Source of the DNA: Cycas panzhihuaensis
Lineage: Eukaryota > Plantae > Cycadophyta
Assembly: GCA_023213395.1 (NCBI GenBank)
Contig: CM041465.1
Coordinates: forward strand, 159,409,741-159,473,740
Length of the DNA: 64,000 nt
Reading direction: 5' to 3'
Shown: positions 51,650-64,000 of the stretch, piece after piece
Position numbering within the stretch: the first letter of the stretch is position 1
Layout of the letters: each line of letters starts with the position of its first letter
Notes under the pieces: generated by a model
What the model was told of the DNA's origin: nothing
The model's database searches: none
Seen by the model: the letters and a program-made list of their open reading frames with translations, nothing else
Made by a program: the position numbers and the translations under genes

Positions 51650-53130
51650 CTCAGGCTCGAATGGTAGGGGAAACATATTGAGTAAGAGGGCCCAATAGCA
51701 CTAAATCTCCCTTTTGCCAAATGGTAGGCCCTCCTAGAATAGATGTACATGACAACATGGCACCAAGGATCCTCTTCTTCTTATATATCTCAATAGTCCC
51801 CTTACTTATCACATGAACATATCATGATTAGTCATTTTATTTAATAAAAGACAATCAAAATCCATTAAAATAATGTAATAATCTAAACTAAGTCAACACT
51901 GTCTAAATAAAAAGTAATGGACACCTATTAGTGGTGGTATTGTTATATCAACTTCTTGGTTGTGAACCTTTGCATCTTCCTCCTCACCTACAACCAACCC
52001 TTGGGCCCCTTCCAAGCCTATATCCATGATATTGGTAGGTGAGTCACCTTTTGCTACTAATGTTGGTCTCTTTGCCTATCTAGTAACCTCCTTGCCCTCT
52101 CCCCTATTAACATCCCCTCCTTGCTCAGTAGCTAGCTCACCCTCTCCTTGATCATCACCCTTACTAGGCTTAAAAAAACCACTTCCTCCACTAGTGTGAC
52201 ACCACCTACTCCATTAGCACCTCATTCTTCTATTCCACTTCCTGCTCCTCATCCTCCACCCCTATATAGAGGTGGTGGTCTCTCTAACTATCTCAGTAAC
52301 ATCAATCTCATCATTAGTCCATGCTAGAATCCTATCATATAGATTTGGAACTAGTTGGTTCCTTGTCATCTTGTTAAGAAGAGGGTTGTGTATGCTCCTC
52401 ACCATAACTACCTGTCTATCATGAACTCAAGATCGCATATGCCACATGTTTATCATAAGATCCATAATGCTTAGCTTACTTGGTAATCTTGTTGGTCTCA
52501 TTATAGGAATATAGTCATATAACTAGTACATAAAGATTAAGTGATAAGAAAAACTTCCTCATCCTTATCTCTAAATATGTGATAGTTATTGGTCCATACT
52601 ATCAATGATAAACCTACCCTAATACATTTTAGTCCTTATATTACATTGTTAAATGATGCTAACCTACTAAGTTGGAACACCAATAAAGGTTTGCATCTAA
52701 GTGATTTAAAATACAATGTTATATGGCAATACTTTCCTAAGTATTAAATCCTCTCTGCCTCCCTCATTAGCTCAAGGGAGATACTCTATACTCCAAAATA
52801 GTTAGTTGACTTTATCATATATAAGTTGTAGGTTATTAAGCCTCCTCATCTATTACATGACTTAGTCAAATCTTTTCCCCTTACCAACTCATTTTTAAGA
52901 ACTTCCTAACATTTGTAGTAATGATCCTAATGTCTCCCATCTTACCTACTTAGAATGCTCGCTTTATAGGGACTGATAAACTAACAAAGTCCTTGAGAAT
53001 CTTATACTTTATCACTAACTGGATGGAGTAGCTAGCCCTAACTAGTCCACTATGTTATCCAACCTACTAATTAGTGGTTATCAATGCCTTGAGGATTGGC
53101 CTAATAGCCCATCTCGCATTTTCTCATGTG
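51650..53130 (-). pseudogene. Antisense PMD-like gene of the outer element (very decayed; probable intron about 51805-51924)
   Basis: ILKDFV..AF*VGKMGDIRII, GRFIIDSMDQ*L..GSFSYH align by eye with cassette copies A/B; AT-rich segment with GT...GACTAAT...AG. Confidence 0.55.
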
Positions 53131-54380
53131 TCAATCCTCTGAATAGGGTGCACAACAAAAAATCAACTTTGAGTTAGCCTCATCTAGTAAAATCTCAAAA
53201 TTGGAAAAAAATTAACTATTTTACTTTCTTCAATTTCTTTCAAAAATGTAATAATTTAGTAAAAAATATAACAAGCCAATAAAACTATAATAAACCAGTC
53301 AAAACATATTATCTTTTAAATTTCTATTTCAAAGATCACTTTTTTGGCTGATTCTTTACATTTTTGTCCCATAGTTTATGCCTTTTATAAATCTTATCAC
53401 ATTTTTAAATAAAAGTAATAAAAAAAATCTAAAAATTATCAGTTAACAACTCATTGGATATCTCATGCTTTGTTGCATCCTCACTCTCTCAATTTAATGG
53501 TGCTCTTAGACTACTAAAATACCTCCTCAAATTCTTGTAATCTTGATCCAACAATAGAAAAGCCCCTTAATCTCAACTCTTTCATGCGGAAATGAATTAA
53601 TATGGGACCTTCTTTTCCTTATAAGAAAGCCTGACCTCTTAAGCATGTGCATTTTTCAACTGTCTTCTTCGAGTAGTGGCATCACACAAGTAATATAAGT
53701 TCTATACTTCAACTTCTCTCAAGGATTTTTGTCATGCTAATTTAATAATTTTTGTCCAAAAATTTCCCCTTCATTAATAGGGAAATCAAGTTGAGATAAA
53801 CAAGAAACTAGACCCAGAGGTAGACTATTTGTATCTTATTCATGTTTATACTCCACATGACTAATTTCTCATCCATATTTTAAATTCCATGTCTTTTTTG
53901 GCCTTTGAGCCTCCCTGGAATTCTACCCCTCCAAAACCCTATGGTCTTACTCACTCTAAGAGATATAAGATGGTCATTGATAAGCTAAAACTATGGTGAC
54001 CACCCCCTCTAAAGCACTACTAATGAGGATAAACTATGCTAGCTACACCTTTGAAAATGAGTACTTAAGAGGTTTAACTATGACAACCAACCCCTCTTTT
54101 TCAAAGCCCCATCAACATAAGAGGCAATTTAGTGCCAAAATTAAGTTTGAATGTAACCTCATAAAGGGATTTCTCAAGCCACCCATGTTCCATTTGATGG
54201 AACTACTTTTATTATATTCATATCATACATATTCCTCATCTAATCTAGACTTTGTTTTAGCTTAAGAAATAAGCCCAATGCATTTAAATCTAAATTCTAT
54301 TTTAGCCCTAAAACTTAGGTTGTCACCATATACCATCTCTCTTTATCATTAGTAAGAGCTTCTAGTGATAAAGGGATAAA

Positions 54381-57300
54381 TGTTTTACCATATCTAGTCC
54401 TCTTAGAATAGTTAAGCTCATATATGAATTTGTTTTCCTAGGCTACTCGATGGTTAAGACTTCCACTTGTATAATGGATATCATTCAATTAATATGATTA
54501 GTTAAATAGATTACTTTTTAGTTGATCGTTACACGGTTTAGTCTTTTGTTTGGACATGCTTGATTACTTATCATTTGCTCTTAAGTGATAAAATGCCAAT
54601 TGGATGACTATTTATGTATGATGGTGATGATATTATTTGTTGATGACTAATACTATGGTATATTTTAAAACTCTTGTCTAATGTAGCTTCCAAATTATTC
54701 CAAGTTTCTTTCTTTAGTCAAAATTTCACTTAGTATGATTCAATTTTTTGATTAATTTTACCTTCTTTCTATTATTTTTTTGACATGGACTTACATCGAT
54801 TCATTTATCATTAAAATTTCTATTGATTCTAGAGCCTCCAACAAGTCATTTTTGGTTAGAATTACCTTCTATCTTTATTTTTATGACTTTGTTATCTCAT
54901 CATATTTTTGGTAACACCAAAAATATAACTTTATAAATAAAACATGACAATCAAATTTTTAGTTTAAAAATCATATTTTTTATTGTCATACCCATAATTT
55001 TTGACACATAATAATGACATTTCATGATTTTTGCTATGGTACCTGCCCATACTTGGAGTTTGGTATCACCCTACCTACCCTGATTGACTCATGATTGTCT
55101 AACCTTCCTTTATTCCATGATTTGGTTGTTGGAAAACATCAAAATTATGGGTAAAAACCATGGGTTTCTTACCCATCCTTCCCCTTGTGATTTTCTATAA
55201 ATTTCTATTTAGATTTAAAGGGAGGGAAGGAGTCTTGATGTAGATTACTACTTAGAGGTAGATTAAAGATCATCTTCTTGGAAAATTATGGATTTTGCTA
55301 GAGAAATTGGAGGTCCACTTTCACCTCAATTATTATCTAATTCTCAAACTCACCTTCTCATTCACCTATTAAGGTCACCTACTTCTAGTTCCAACTAGTT
55401 TATTATATGCATCTTTCTCTCCTACAACATCATTTACTATCAAATTCATCTTTCTCATGATACTTGGATCTTGATAGCAACTTGTTGGAAAAAAGAAAAG
55501 CATCAATTTGAGGCATATAACACTATTTTTTCTCATATTAGAGGTAAGTATTTTATATATTAGTTGTTTATTTTATAAATTAGAATTATTTTTCTTTGAA
55601 ATCATCTAAAAGAAACTAAAAAAGGTCTTATCATTGTCATTTTCCCTTATTTTAATTATAGTTTAGTTGTTCTTTCAAGTTTATTTAAGTTATTTGGCTT
55701 GGAATCAAACTAGTTTCGATTCCTAAGTCTTTATCATATTGTTAGAATTATAAAAAGGCTACTTTTAAGTATTGAACCAATTTCAATCCTTAATTATACT
55801 TCTTCATTATGCAACCACACTCATATATCTCCTACTTATTTTAATTCATAACTCTCAACAAGTTTGGTCCTATAAAAAGGGTTGAAACAAATTAAGCCAA
55901 ACTCTTGTAATGAGATAAACAGTAAGAAGGAGTGGACCTTTTAAGAAATAAGAGTATCTGGGATCTCTTCCATAGAGTTGTGGGTAGTTGAAGCTAATTG
56001 TTTTCCATTAAGGTTCCTCATGTGAAACTAGTTTCTCTCCTACAACATCCTTTATTATCAAAATCATCATTCTCATGATACTTGAAACTTGGTGGCAACT
56101 TATTGGACAAAAGAAAAGCATCAATCTAAGGCACACAACACTAATTTTTCTTAAATTAGAGGTAACTATTTTATGGATTAATTATTTATTTCAAAAATTA
56201 ACATTAACAAGCTTTAAATTTATCTAAAAAATATATTTTTATTATCATTTTTGTTTTATTTTTTCATTATAGTTTAGTTGTTCTTTCTAGTTCATTTAAG
56301 TGATTTGGCTTGGAATCAAACTAGTTTTAATTCTTAAGACTTTATCATATTGTTAGAATCACAAAAGACTACTTTCAAATATTGAACCAGTTTCAACCCT
56401 TGATTATAATTCTCTATTATGTAACCACACTTATATATCCCCTACTTATTTTGATTCATAACTCTCAATAAGTTTGGTCCTATAAAAAGGGTCAAAACAA
56501 ATTAATCCAAACTCTTGTAACAAGGTAAATAGTAAGAAGGAGTGGATATTTTAAGCAAGAAAAGTATCTAGACTCTCTGCCATAGAGTTATGGGTAGTTG
56601 AAGTTAGTTGTTTTCCACTAAGGTTCCTTATGTAAAACACATTCATTTTTAGAATTTTGATAAGATTTCAAGGTTTTATTTGAAAATCCTTTCTTTAAAG
56701 TAATGATTTTAACATTTATATTATCATTTCTTTTATCAATGAGTAATATTCCAAAGTGGAAAATAGTTGGAAAAAGTGAAGCCATTGCTCTTTAGCCTTG
56801 TTACAAGGTACTCATGTTTCTTCTTAACACTTGTAATATTTTTCTTTAGTCTTCAAGCTTTCATAAGCTAACAAAGAGAGAGAAAGAAAAATAAAAGAAA
56901 GAGTTTTTTTTTTCTTGTATTAATTGGTTGATTTGTTACTTGACTCTTCTCCCTTATTTGCCTATAGAAGAAAAAGAGAATATTCAGAAATTATTAATTT
57001 GGTTTAGAGCCAAGAGTTTATGGTTACATGATTGTTTGTCTCTTTTTTTTCTTTCATTTGCTATTAAATAAATTCAAAAGATTAAGAAAAGGAAGTGAAA
57101 GAGTAGTAATTAGGATAATTATAAGTACAATAAAAGATCTTAATCTCCTTTGTTACTTGTGTGTTTGATTTTTTGTTTTGCTTTTAAGCCATTTAAGAAA
57201 AAAAAAAAGAAAGGAATTGCATTCACATTTGCATGATTTAGGTGTTTGGTTGAATGCATATTTGCTCTTTACTATCTTCATTTAAATTGAAATTGCATGC

Positions 57301-58064
57301 TAGACTTACATATAGATTTGGCTTAACATTGTTTGGTCCCCTCAGGGTAGGCCTTGTCTATGTATTAAGGATTTGTTTAATCATACAAGACTTGGTATCC
57401 CTAGTGTACAAGCACATCCTCTCTTAAAGACAAATACTTCTCTTAGCTAGGAGTTTTTTGATTGATCGATACTTAACATCCTTAACATATAAACTACTCC
57501 TTCTTTGATATTATTGTTTCTTCCAACCATGTTTTAAATACTAAAGGAAGTGGTTTACTATTTTCCTTTAAGTTAAGAGCAATTTTCTCCTTCTTCCTTC
57601 ATCTCTAAGTGAGGGAATCTATTAAAGTTAGATGTGGGAATCCTTAGGCCATTCATCCTCATGGATGGATCATTGTTAGGTGAGAGAGTCCTAAGTGACT
57701 AACCCTTGATAGGGTTATTAATCCTCAATGCATCTTCTACTTATTGGAAGATTGTTTATACTTCCCCCAAAGTAAAGGGGCCTTTTGTTTATTTTGCTTT
57801 ATTTATTTGATGTTCTCTTACTTGATTAGATCTAGATTTAACTATATTATGTATGTGTGAATTAGTTTAAGGTTTAAACTAGTTTGACTCCTTCATCCCT
57901 AATTAAGTACATAAGTAAAGAGGACTTCTTCATCCTTAATCAAGTGCATAAGTAAAGAGGACCTCTTCTTAGAGGTTAGTTGAAAGTTCTGCTCTTGGGA
58001 TCCATCACTTTTAGTTCATTATCTCATAGATTTGATAGGTGGTTGGCCCCAATATAAGGAACCA
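54381..58064 (+). repeat. 3' LTR of the outer element, with an internal ~620-bp tandem duplication (about 55414-56640)
   Basis: Homology to 2099-5268; the segment 3094-3700 is present twice. Confidence 0.88.
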
Positions 58065-59540
58065 TTGTGTTTACATATCACTCATAATCACCTAAGCTTA
58101 TAACCAAGATATGCTCTTCAGGGAGTGATTAGTCTATGAAAGCACTAATTGGATTTGGAATGGTATATAAGCTAGTTGTTTAGTAATTATCATCCATTTT
58201 TTTAATTTTTGGTTGACCATTTAGAGGTTAAATTATTGAAATAAAATTACCCACTTCCTCACTCATTTTGTAAGATTAGATTTAGATAAGAGGAAATGGA
58301 TTGGGTTTGATTGGATGATTGCCCATATGGTATTATCAACTAAATAATATTAGATATTTTTAGTGACATAGATAAGATCTAGGCACTCTTCTTTTCTACT
58401 AAAGTGTAATTAAGTTCCATCATAATAAGAGTACATCTAATAAAGTATATGGCACATTTGACTCCTAAGTCATAGTTCTAAGAAATAATATCACCTGATG
58501 ACTCCTTTATAGAAGAGTTATAAGGGATGAATTGTCTATCCAAATGTAGTCAAGATAAAGTGGGAGCTAGCATGAGGCCATACTCAAGATCCTAAAATGA
58601 GGCCTAGTTAACTAGTGTCTAGGAGAGAGGGACCCCATTCTTAAGGAGGTTTATAAGTGACTTAACATTCATGTCAAAATTTACTAAGAAACATTAGAGG
58701 AATCCAAGTCAAGGTTTGTAGGGTACTTAGCTCACTTATAGGAGACCATAAGCAAGTTGTTCATATAGACTTCAAACATTTTATTGATATAATCATAGAA
58801 GATAAAGTGCATGGTGCATTGGTATATGACACCAATATTCTTAAAGATCAAATGGCATTGAATTATAGGTGAAAGTACTACATGGGATAGTGAATGTTGT
58901 CTTATGATTTTTCCTAAGATATAGTTAAATTTGATTATACTTAGAGAAGCCATCCATAAGTGGCATAACTTTAAAACTCATTATCCTATTGATGACTTAA
59001 TTAATGAATAATAAGGGTAAATTATCCTTAGGGTAAGCATTATTGATATCTCATAAATTAATACAAATATACACTATCCCATTCTTCTTAATCATTGGGA
59101 CTATGTTAGATACCTAATTAGGATATTATATATGCTTAATTAGGCCAATATCATGTAGTTTCTCCACTTCTATCTTCACTGTGACTAACAAGTTGAGGTC
59201 AAGAGGGCATTATTTATGTCTAATTAGCTTGCCACTTGAATACGTCATCATGTTCTACATGATAATATTAGGGTAAATACCTCACATGTGAGTATAATCC
59301 TCTATAAATATGTCTTGGAACTATTAAAAGAGTTTGTGTACTAAGTAATCTCTTTATGAGGAGTTTTTACTCCCACTTTAATATCTTTATTAGGATTGAT
59401 AATGATGTCTATGATCTCCCCTTTAAGAAGGACATTACTCTCCTTAAATTGGGAGGGGTTTTGTTCAATAGGTACATATAGAATGGTTTCACTTTAATAC
59501 GGGTTGGAAAATGAAGAGCCTTGGGAAAGTGGGATATGAC

Positions 59541-60252
59541 TGTCCCACTTTTTCTCACATACAATATCGATAATAAACAAATAAATAGAAAATTATAATA
59601 CTTATATTATGAAATAGAAACTGATCATAGAATTAAAGATCATCACAAAGTATAAATAAGCACTAATGGATACTAAAGAGTACTGAAGTTCCAATATCTT
59701 TATAGAAAATGATTATATAACAACCATACTTTATAATTCATGGTCCATAAATAGACAAAAAAGGGCCTTCTATCTATAATCCTATTAGCAGGCCAAATGG
59801 TCTTATATTTCATTAGTGGCTTTAGTGACCAACATACAAAAGTTAATTACTAGCACTTAACATCCTAATGCCTTAACCATAAGTGTTAGTATCTTAGTTT
59901 CACTAGACATATATGGTCATATAATAGGTTCCCTCCCCTAAGATATTAAGTGCTTGAAGCAAAGGAGATGTGGATGTTGCTTGAAAAGGTTTACTAATTC
60001 CCAAGTTGCCTCGTCTTGTTCATAATCGACCCACTATACCAAATACTCAATAATTATCCTTTTATCGAGATGGAATTATCTACTAGATAAGATGTATTTA
60101 GGAGAAATAAAGAGAAGTTTCTTTTTACCCAAGATAAGTAGGATTATTTATAGGGTTATGCCATTCCCAAGATGTTTCTAAAGGTAGGAAATATGGAAGA
60201 TATTATGAATCTTAGTAGTGGGTAAGAGTTCCAAAGTATAAGAAAACTCCCT
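59541..60252 (-). mobile_element. 3' end of a second chromovirus: INT C-terminus, chromodomain, PPT and 3' LTR (about 59541-59926)
   Basis: Minus strand reads KIHNIFHIS ... EYLV*WVDYEQDEATWE, then AGGGGAGGGAA, then an LTR resembling 13238-13611. Confidence 0.85.
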
Positions 60253-63200
60253 ATGGTGAGTGACAAACGTTTATGCCCTAATGACGGTGGAGGGCAGGAA
60301 GCTACTGTGGAACATTATTATGGAGGCCCACAAAGATTAGAAAAGCCTATGGATGGTAGCAGTGGATTTCAATTTGACTCTGACCCTAGAGGAGAAGAAA
60401 GGTGGGCAAGAGGGGTGGTCCAGGGGTATGGCTAACCTTGGTGACTTCCTTCAGAATGGGGGGCTAATGGACATCCCCCTTAGTAGGGCCAGGTTCACAT
60501 GGACAAATAGGAGGTTGGGGTAGAACCATATCCAGGTCAAGTTAGATAGATTCTCGATTAATTATGAGTGGATGCAGCTCAATGGGGACCTAAAGCTAGT
60601 GGCCCTTCCGAGATCGATTTCTGATCACTCCCCTCTCCTTTTGGAATGCTCATATCCAGATAATCATCATGGGGCCCCCTTCCATTTTGAGTGTATGTGG
60701 ATGCAATACCCTGACCTGAGAACTAGGATTAGTGAGTGGTGGAGTATTCCTGTTGAGGGGTATGCCATATTTAAATTTTTAAAGAAGCTATCATGGATAA
60801 AGAGACAGATAAAAGGCTGGAATAAAGAGGTGTTTGGAAATATATTTGATGCTAAAGGAAGACTACTAGAAGATCTGAATATGATTGAGCAAAGGATCCA
60901 AGAAGAGGGTGGATCCAACACATTGGACCAGACAGAAAGTAGACTATCCAAAGAACTGGTAGAGGTACTATTGAAGGAGGAACTTCACTGGAAATAAACA
61001 TCTAGGGATCTGTGGGTTAAAGAGGGGGACAGGAATACCAAGTTCTTTCATTTGTCGACCTTGAAACACAGAGACTATAAAATAATAAGTAAGTTACGAA
61101 GTAAGGAGGGTACTACCCTTGAGATAGAAGAATAAATTATAATCACTGCGGTCGAGTATTTCAAAGAACTTTTTAGTGAACCTGGGTGCCAGGACTTGGA
61201 GTTACGCTCAAACCTACTGAGTTGCATTCTGTAGTTAGTCAATAAGATCCAAAATAGAAAACTAATGGAACCTTTCTCCTTGGATGAAGTGGAGAGGGCT
61301 CTATTCAGCATGGGGCAGGATAAGGCCCCAAGGCTGGATGGTTTTCCCCCAGGTTTCTTTCAAGAATACTGGGACATTATAAAGGATAATCTGAAAGAGG
61401 CAGTGAATTAATTCTTTGAGAAGAAGACAATTTTGAAGGAGTGGCAATCTACCTTTTTGGAGGACTTTAGACCAATCAACTTGTGTAATGTTAAGTATGT
61501 TCGTCAATACCCTTCTTTTCTAGTTCGAGGGGTCTAATGCAAGGAAACCCTTTATCTCCTTACCTCTTTATCATAATGGAAGTAATGCTAGGGAGAGCTG
61601 CGAAGGAGGCCAAGAGGGCTGGGTGGGTGTATGGTTTAAATCCATCCTCAAATATTAAAAATATCATTCACCATCAGTTTGTAGATGATAATATATTTTT
61701 GGGTAAAGCATCTCTTGGAGAAGCTAGGGCTATGAAAGACAGGCTTCAGGCTTATGAAAGGGCCTCAAATCAAAAAATCAACTGGGAAAAAAGCTCTATC
61801 TATTTCATCAACACCCTAGAAAGGCTCCAGTAGAGAATTAGCAGAGTTTTAGAGATCCCAACCAGGACCCTCCCATCCATTTACATTGGGATACCTCTTT
61901 TTGTGGGTAATATGAAAAAGGATCTCTGGAGCCCCATTATGGGACGATTCCAGAGGAAGTTAACTGGATGGAAGGGGGCCCTACTCAGCTTGGCAGGTAA
62001 AATTCAACTAGTGGTGGCTTCCCTACAGAGTATCTCAGTTTATATGATGTCTTTATTCATCATGCCGAATAAGGTCATCTCAATAATAGAGGGAAACATG
62101 AAAATATTTATTTGGTCTGGCTCAGAGGAGAAAAATAGAATCTATCTAGTATCTCAGTTTATATGATGTCTTTAACAAAGCCCTCATAGCAAAATTGGGT
62201 TGGAGATTAACTAGAGAGGTTGGCACTCAATGGGAAAATATAATAACCAAAAAATATCTTGGGGGTAACCATTTCCTGAATGAGGAGGTGAGAGGGATCA
62301 CGTGTTCCCCCATCTCGAAAGGCCTCCTATCCTCTAGATCTATATTAAGTAATGGCTTAAGATGGAAATTGGAGAATGAGGAAAGCATAAGTTTTTGGGA
62401 GGATAAATGGTGTGGCAACTACACTTTGAAGGATTTACCATCCATTGGTAACATGCAGAGAATTTGTCAGGATGTGTATGGTTGGTTTGTCAAATATTAC
62501 TAGGAGGGACAAGGGAGGAATAAGAATTGGAGATATTTTGAGAACCTGTAGGGAATGGAAGAGGAGATTCAGAATCTGAAGCACGAATTAAATAACCAAT
62601 ATATACCAAGGCAGGATATTGAGGATAGTATGATCTGGTCTATTTCTACCTTTGAATCATACACGATGAAGGATGGTTATAACATGATGCTGAAGGAGGA
62701 AGATGTGGGTAAGGAGGACTTGCTAGCAAGAGTTTGGAAACTGGGATTACTCCCAAAGATAACAGTGTTTTGGTGGTTGAGCCTGCAAAACAAGATTCTA
62801 ACAATTGACAACCTTATGAAAAGGGGATTTTCCATGGTAAATAGATGTGTGTTGTGTAAGGAGAGGGCCAAATCCCTTGACCATATGAGTATACATTACC
62901 CCTATTTGAGGGACGTGTAGGCTGACTCCTGGTCAAATCTTGGGATTGACTGGGTGTCCCTGGGGTCCCTAAAGAGTTAGTGGCTAATGTGGAAATTTCC
63001 CTTTAAGAGTAAGACTTTGGGTAGATTGGGGAAACTAATCCTCCCGGTGGGGGTTTGGAATATATGGAAGGAACGTAATAGGAGGATTTTCCAAGGGAGA
63101 GAAATGGAAGAACAAAGACTATAGGAAAAGATCAATAGAGATATTGTAGAAATGGTAAAGCCCAGGGAGGAGGAAAATTTATTCAAGGAAGAAGAAAGAA

Positions 63201-63732
63201 TCTTGGCGAGATAGGGGATAGCTAGCTAGAATAGTAGAGAATAAAAAAAGAGGAGAAATCAATGGAGTGTGCCCAGCGAGTTCTGGGTGAAAGTCAACTT
63301 CGATGGGGCTGCTAAAGGAAATCCAAGAGAGGCAGGAGGAGGAGGTTTATATAGGAATCATGAAGGAAAGGTGCAGTGGGCATTTACAGAATACTTAGGC
63401 CCCCAAACGAATCATAAGGTTGAAATGAGAGCTATGTAGAAGGCGATAGATATGGTGGATGAGGATGGATATGAGAGAGTGATAATAGAAGGAGACTCCT
63501 TGAATGTGATCAGGATCTTAAAGGGGGAGTCAGAGGTGGACTAGAGCAATCAAGAGTTGGTTAATGATGCCCAAGATGTCTTGAGATCCAAATAGAGGGT
63601 TCAGATCTAACGTATGTACAGAAAAGGAAATGTTGCGACAGATTGGTTGGCAAACTGGGTAGTGGAAAATAAAAGAAGTATGGTGTGGAGGGAGGAATTC
63701 CTAGAGGAGCTTCTAAGTCTAGTCAGACAAGA
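60253..63732 (+). mobile_element. 5'-truncated plant L1 LINE ORF2 (endonuclease part, internally deleted RT, zf-RVT, RNase H)
   Basis: TNVYA, FTWTN, LDRF, SDHSP (EN); EGDRNTKFFH, DFRPINLCN, QGNPLSPYLF, QFVDD (RT); RCVLC..DH (zf-RVT); KVNFDGAAKGNP, IEGDS, RKGNVATDWLAN (RH). Confidence 0.93.
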
Positions 63733-64000
63733 TGTAACATAACCTCACCTTTCCTTAGCAAGAGGGAACCACCAACAAGTAAGGATTAAGGGGTTTAGTA
63801 AGTTGTGTGTATGGACCGCTAAGTCATCCAATAAGATGTAAGGCCACTAGGGCCACCAATAGAGTTACGTGTATGGACCGCTAAGTCGTCCAATAAGATG
63901 TAAGGCCGCTAGGGCCACCAATAGAATCATTAAGGATGAAGACCCTTACTTGTGTATTTAAAGGGTTAAACCACTCGCAATGTTATTGAGTATGATATCT
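63733..64000 (+). mobile_element. Start of another chromovirus-like LTR, with a 2 x 62-bp tandem (63807-63926)
   Basis: TGTAACATAAC start and AGATGTAAGGCC..GCCACCAATAG motif resemble the 13238 LTR; runs off the window. Confidence 0.65.

Larger units (their letters stand above)
2099..58064 (+). mobile_element. Old, formerly autonomous Tat/Ogre-group Ty3/Gypsy LTR retrotransposon (about 19 kb once nested insertions are removed)
   Basis: Homologous LTRs 2099-5268 and 54381-58064 (TGTTT...AACCA), decayed PBS at 5273, gag-PR-RT-RH-INT order, purine tract AAAGGGATAAA before the 3' LTR. Flanks CTACA and TTGTG both derive from a TSD CTGCG by deamination. Confidence 0.88.

Noticed and set aside
58495-58540. 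CTGATGA as a hammerhead ribozyme core (also CTGATGT...GAAAC near 13497)
   Set aside because: No correctly placed GAAA and stems; the LTR motif is not conserved in the second LTR.
58070-59540. Flanking sequence (with 1549-2098) as a specific element
   Set aside because: Probably old repeat DNA, but no diagnostic termini or protein motifs could be identified by eye.

Overview
No host gene was recognised. The window is a nest of plant retrotransposons, heavily decayed by C>T/G>A changes at CG and CHG sites, which suggests a large, heavily methylated genome (gymnosperm-like, by inference). The backbone is one old Tat/Ogre-group Ty3/Gypsy element (2099-58064, + strand, ~3.2-3.7 kb LTRs, tRNA-Arg-type PBS). 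It carries a decayed gag-PR-RT-RH-INT, a separate post-integrase RNase HI gene and an antisense plant-mobile-domain (PMD) gene. Nested in it are: (a) a chromovirus (13238-29585, 374-bp LTRs), itself interrupted by a young, CpG-rich, Gag+protease-only Tat-type element (18426-28310, - strand, TSD ACAGT); and (b) a 20-kb RT-less Tat-type element (30800-51070, - strand, TSD AATAC) carrying two tandem copies of a divergent [RNase H <- -> spliced PMD] cassette. To the right lie the 3' end of a second chromovirus, a 5'-truncated L1 LINE with a C-terminal RNase H, and the start of another LTR. The most interesting observation is that three related Tat-type elements have complementary gene content (complete / Gag-PR only / accessory genes only), with a stand-alone RNase H gene and an amplifiable accessory cassette. 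All translations and alignments were done by eye, and pseudogene ends are approximate.
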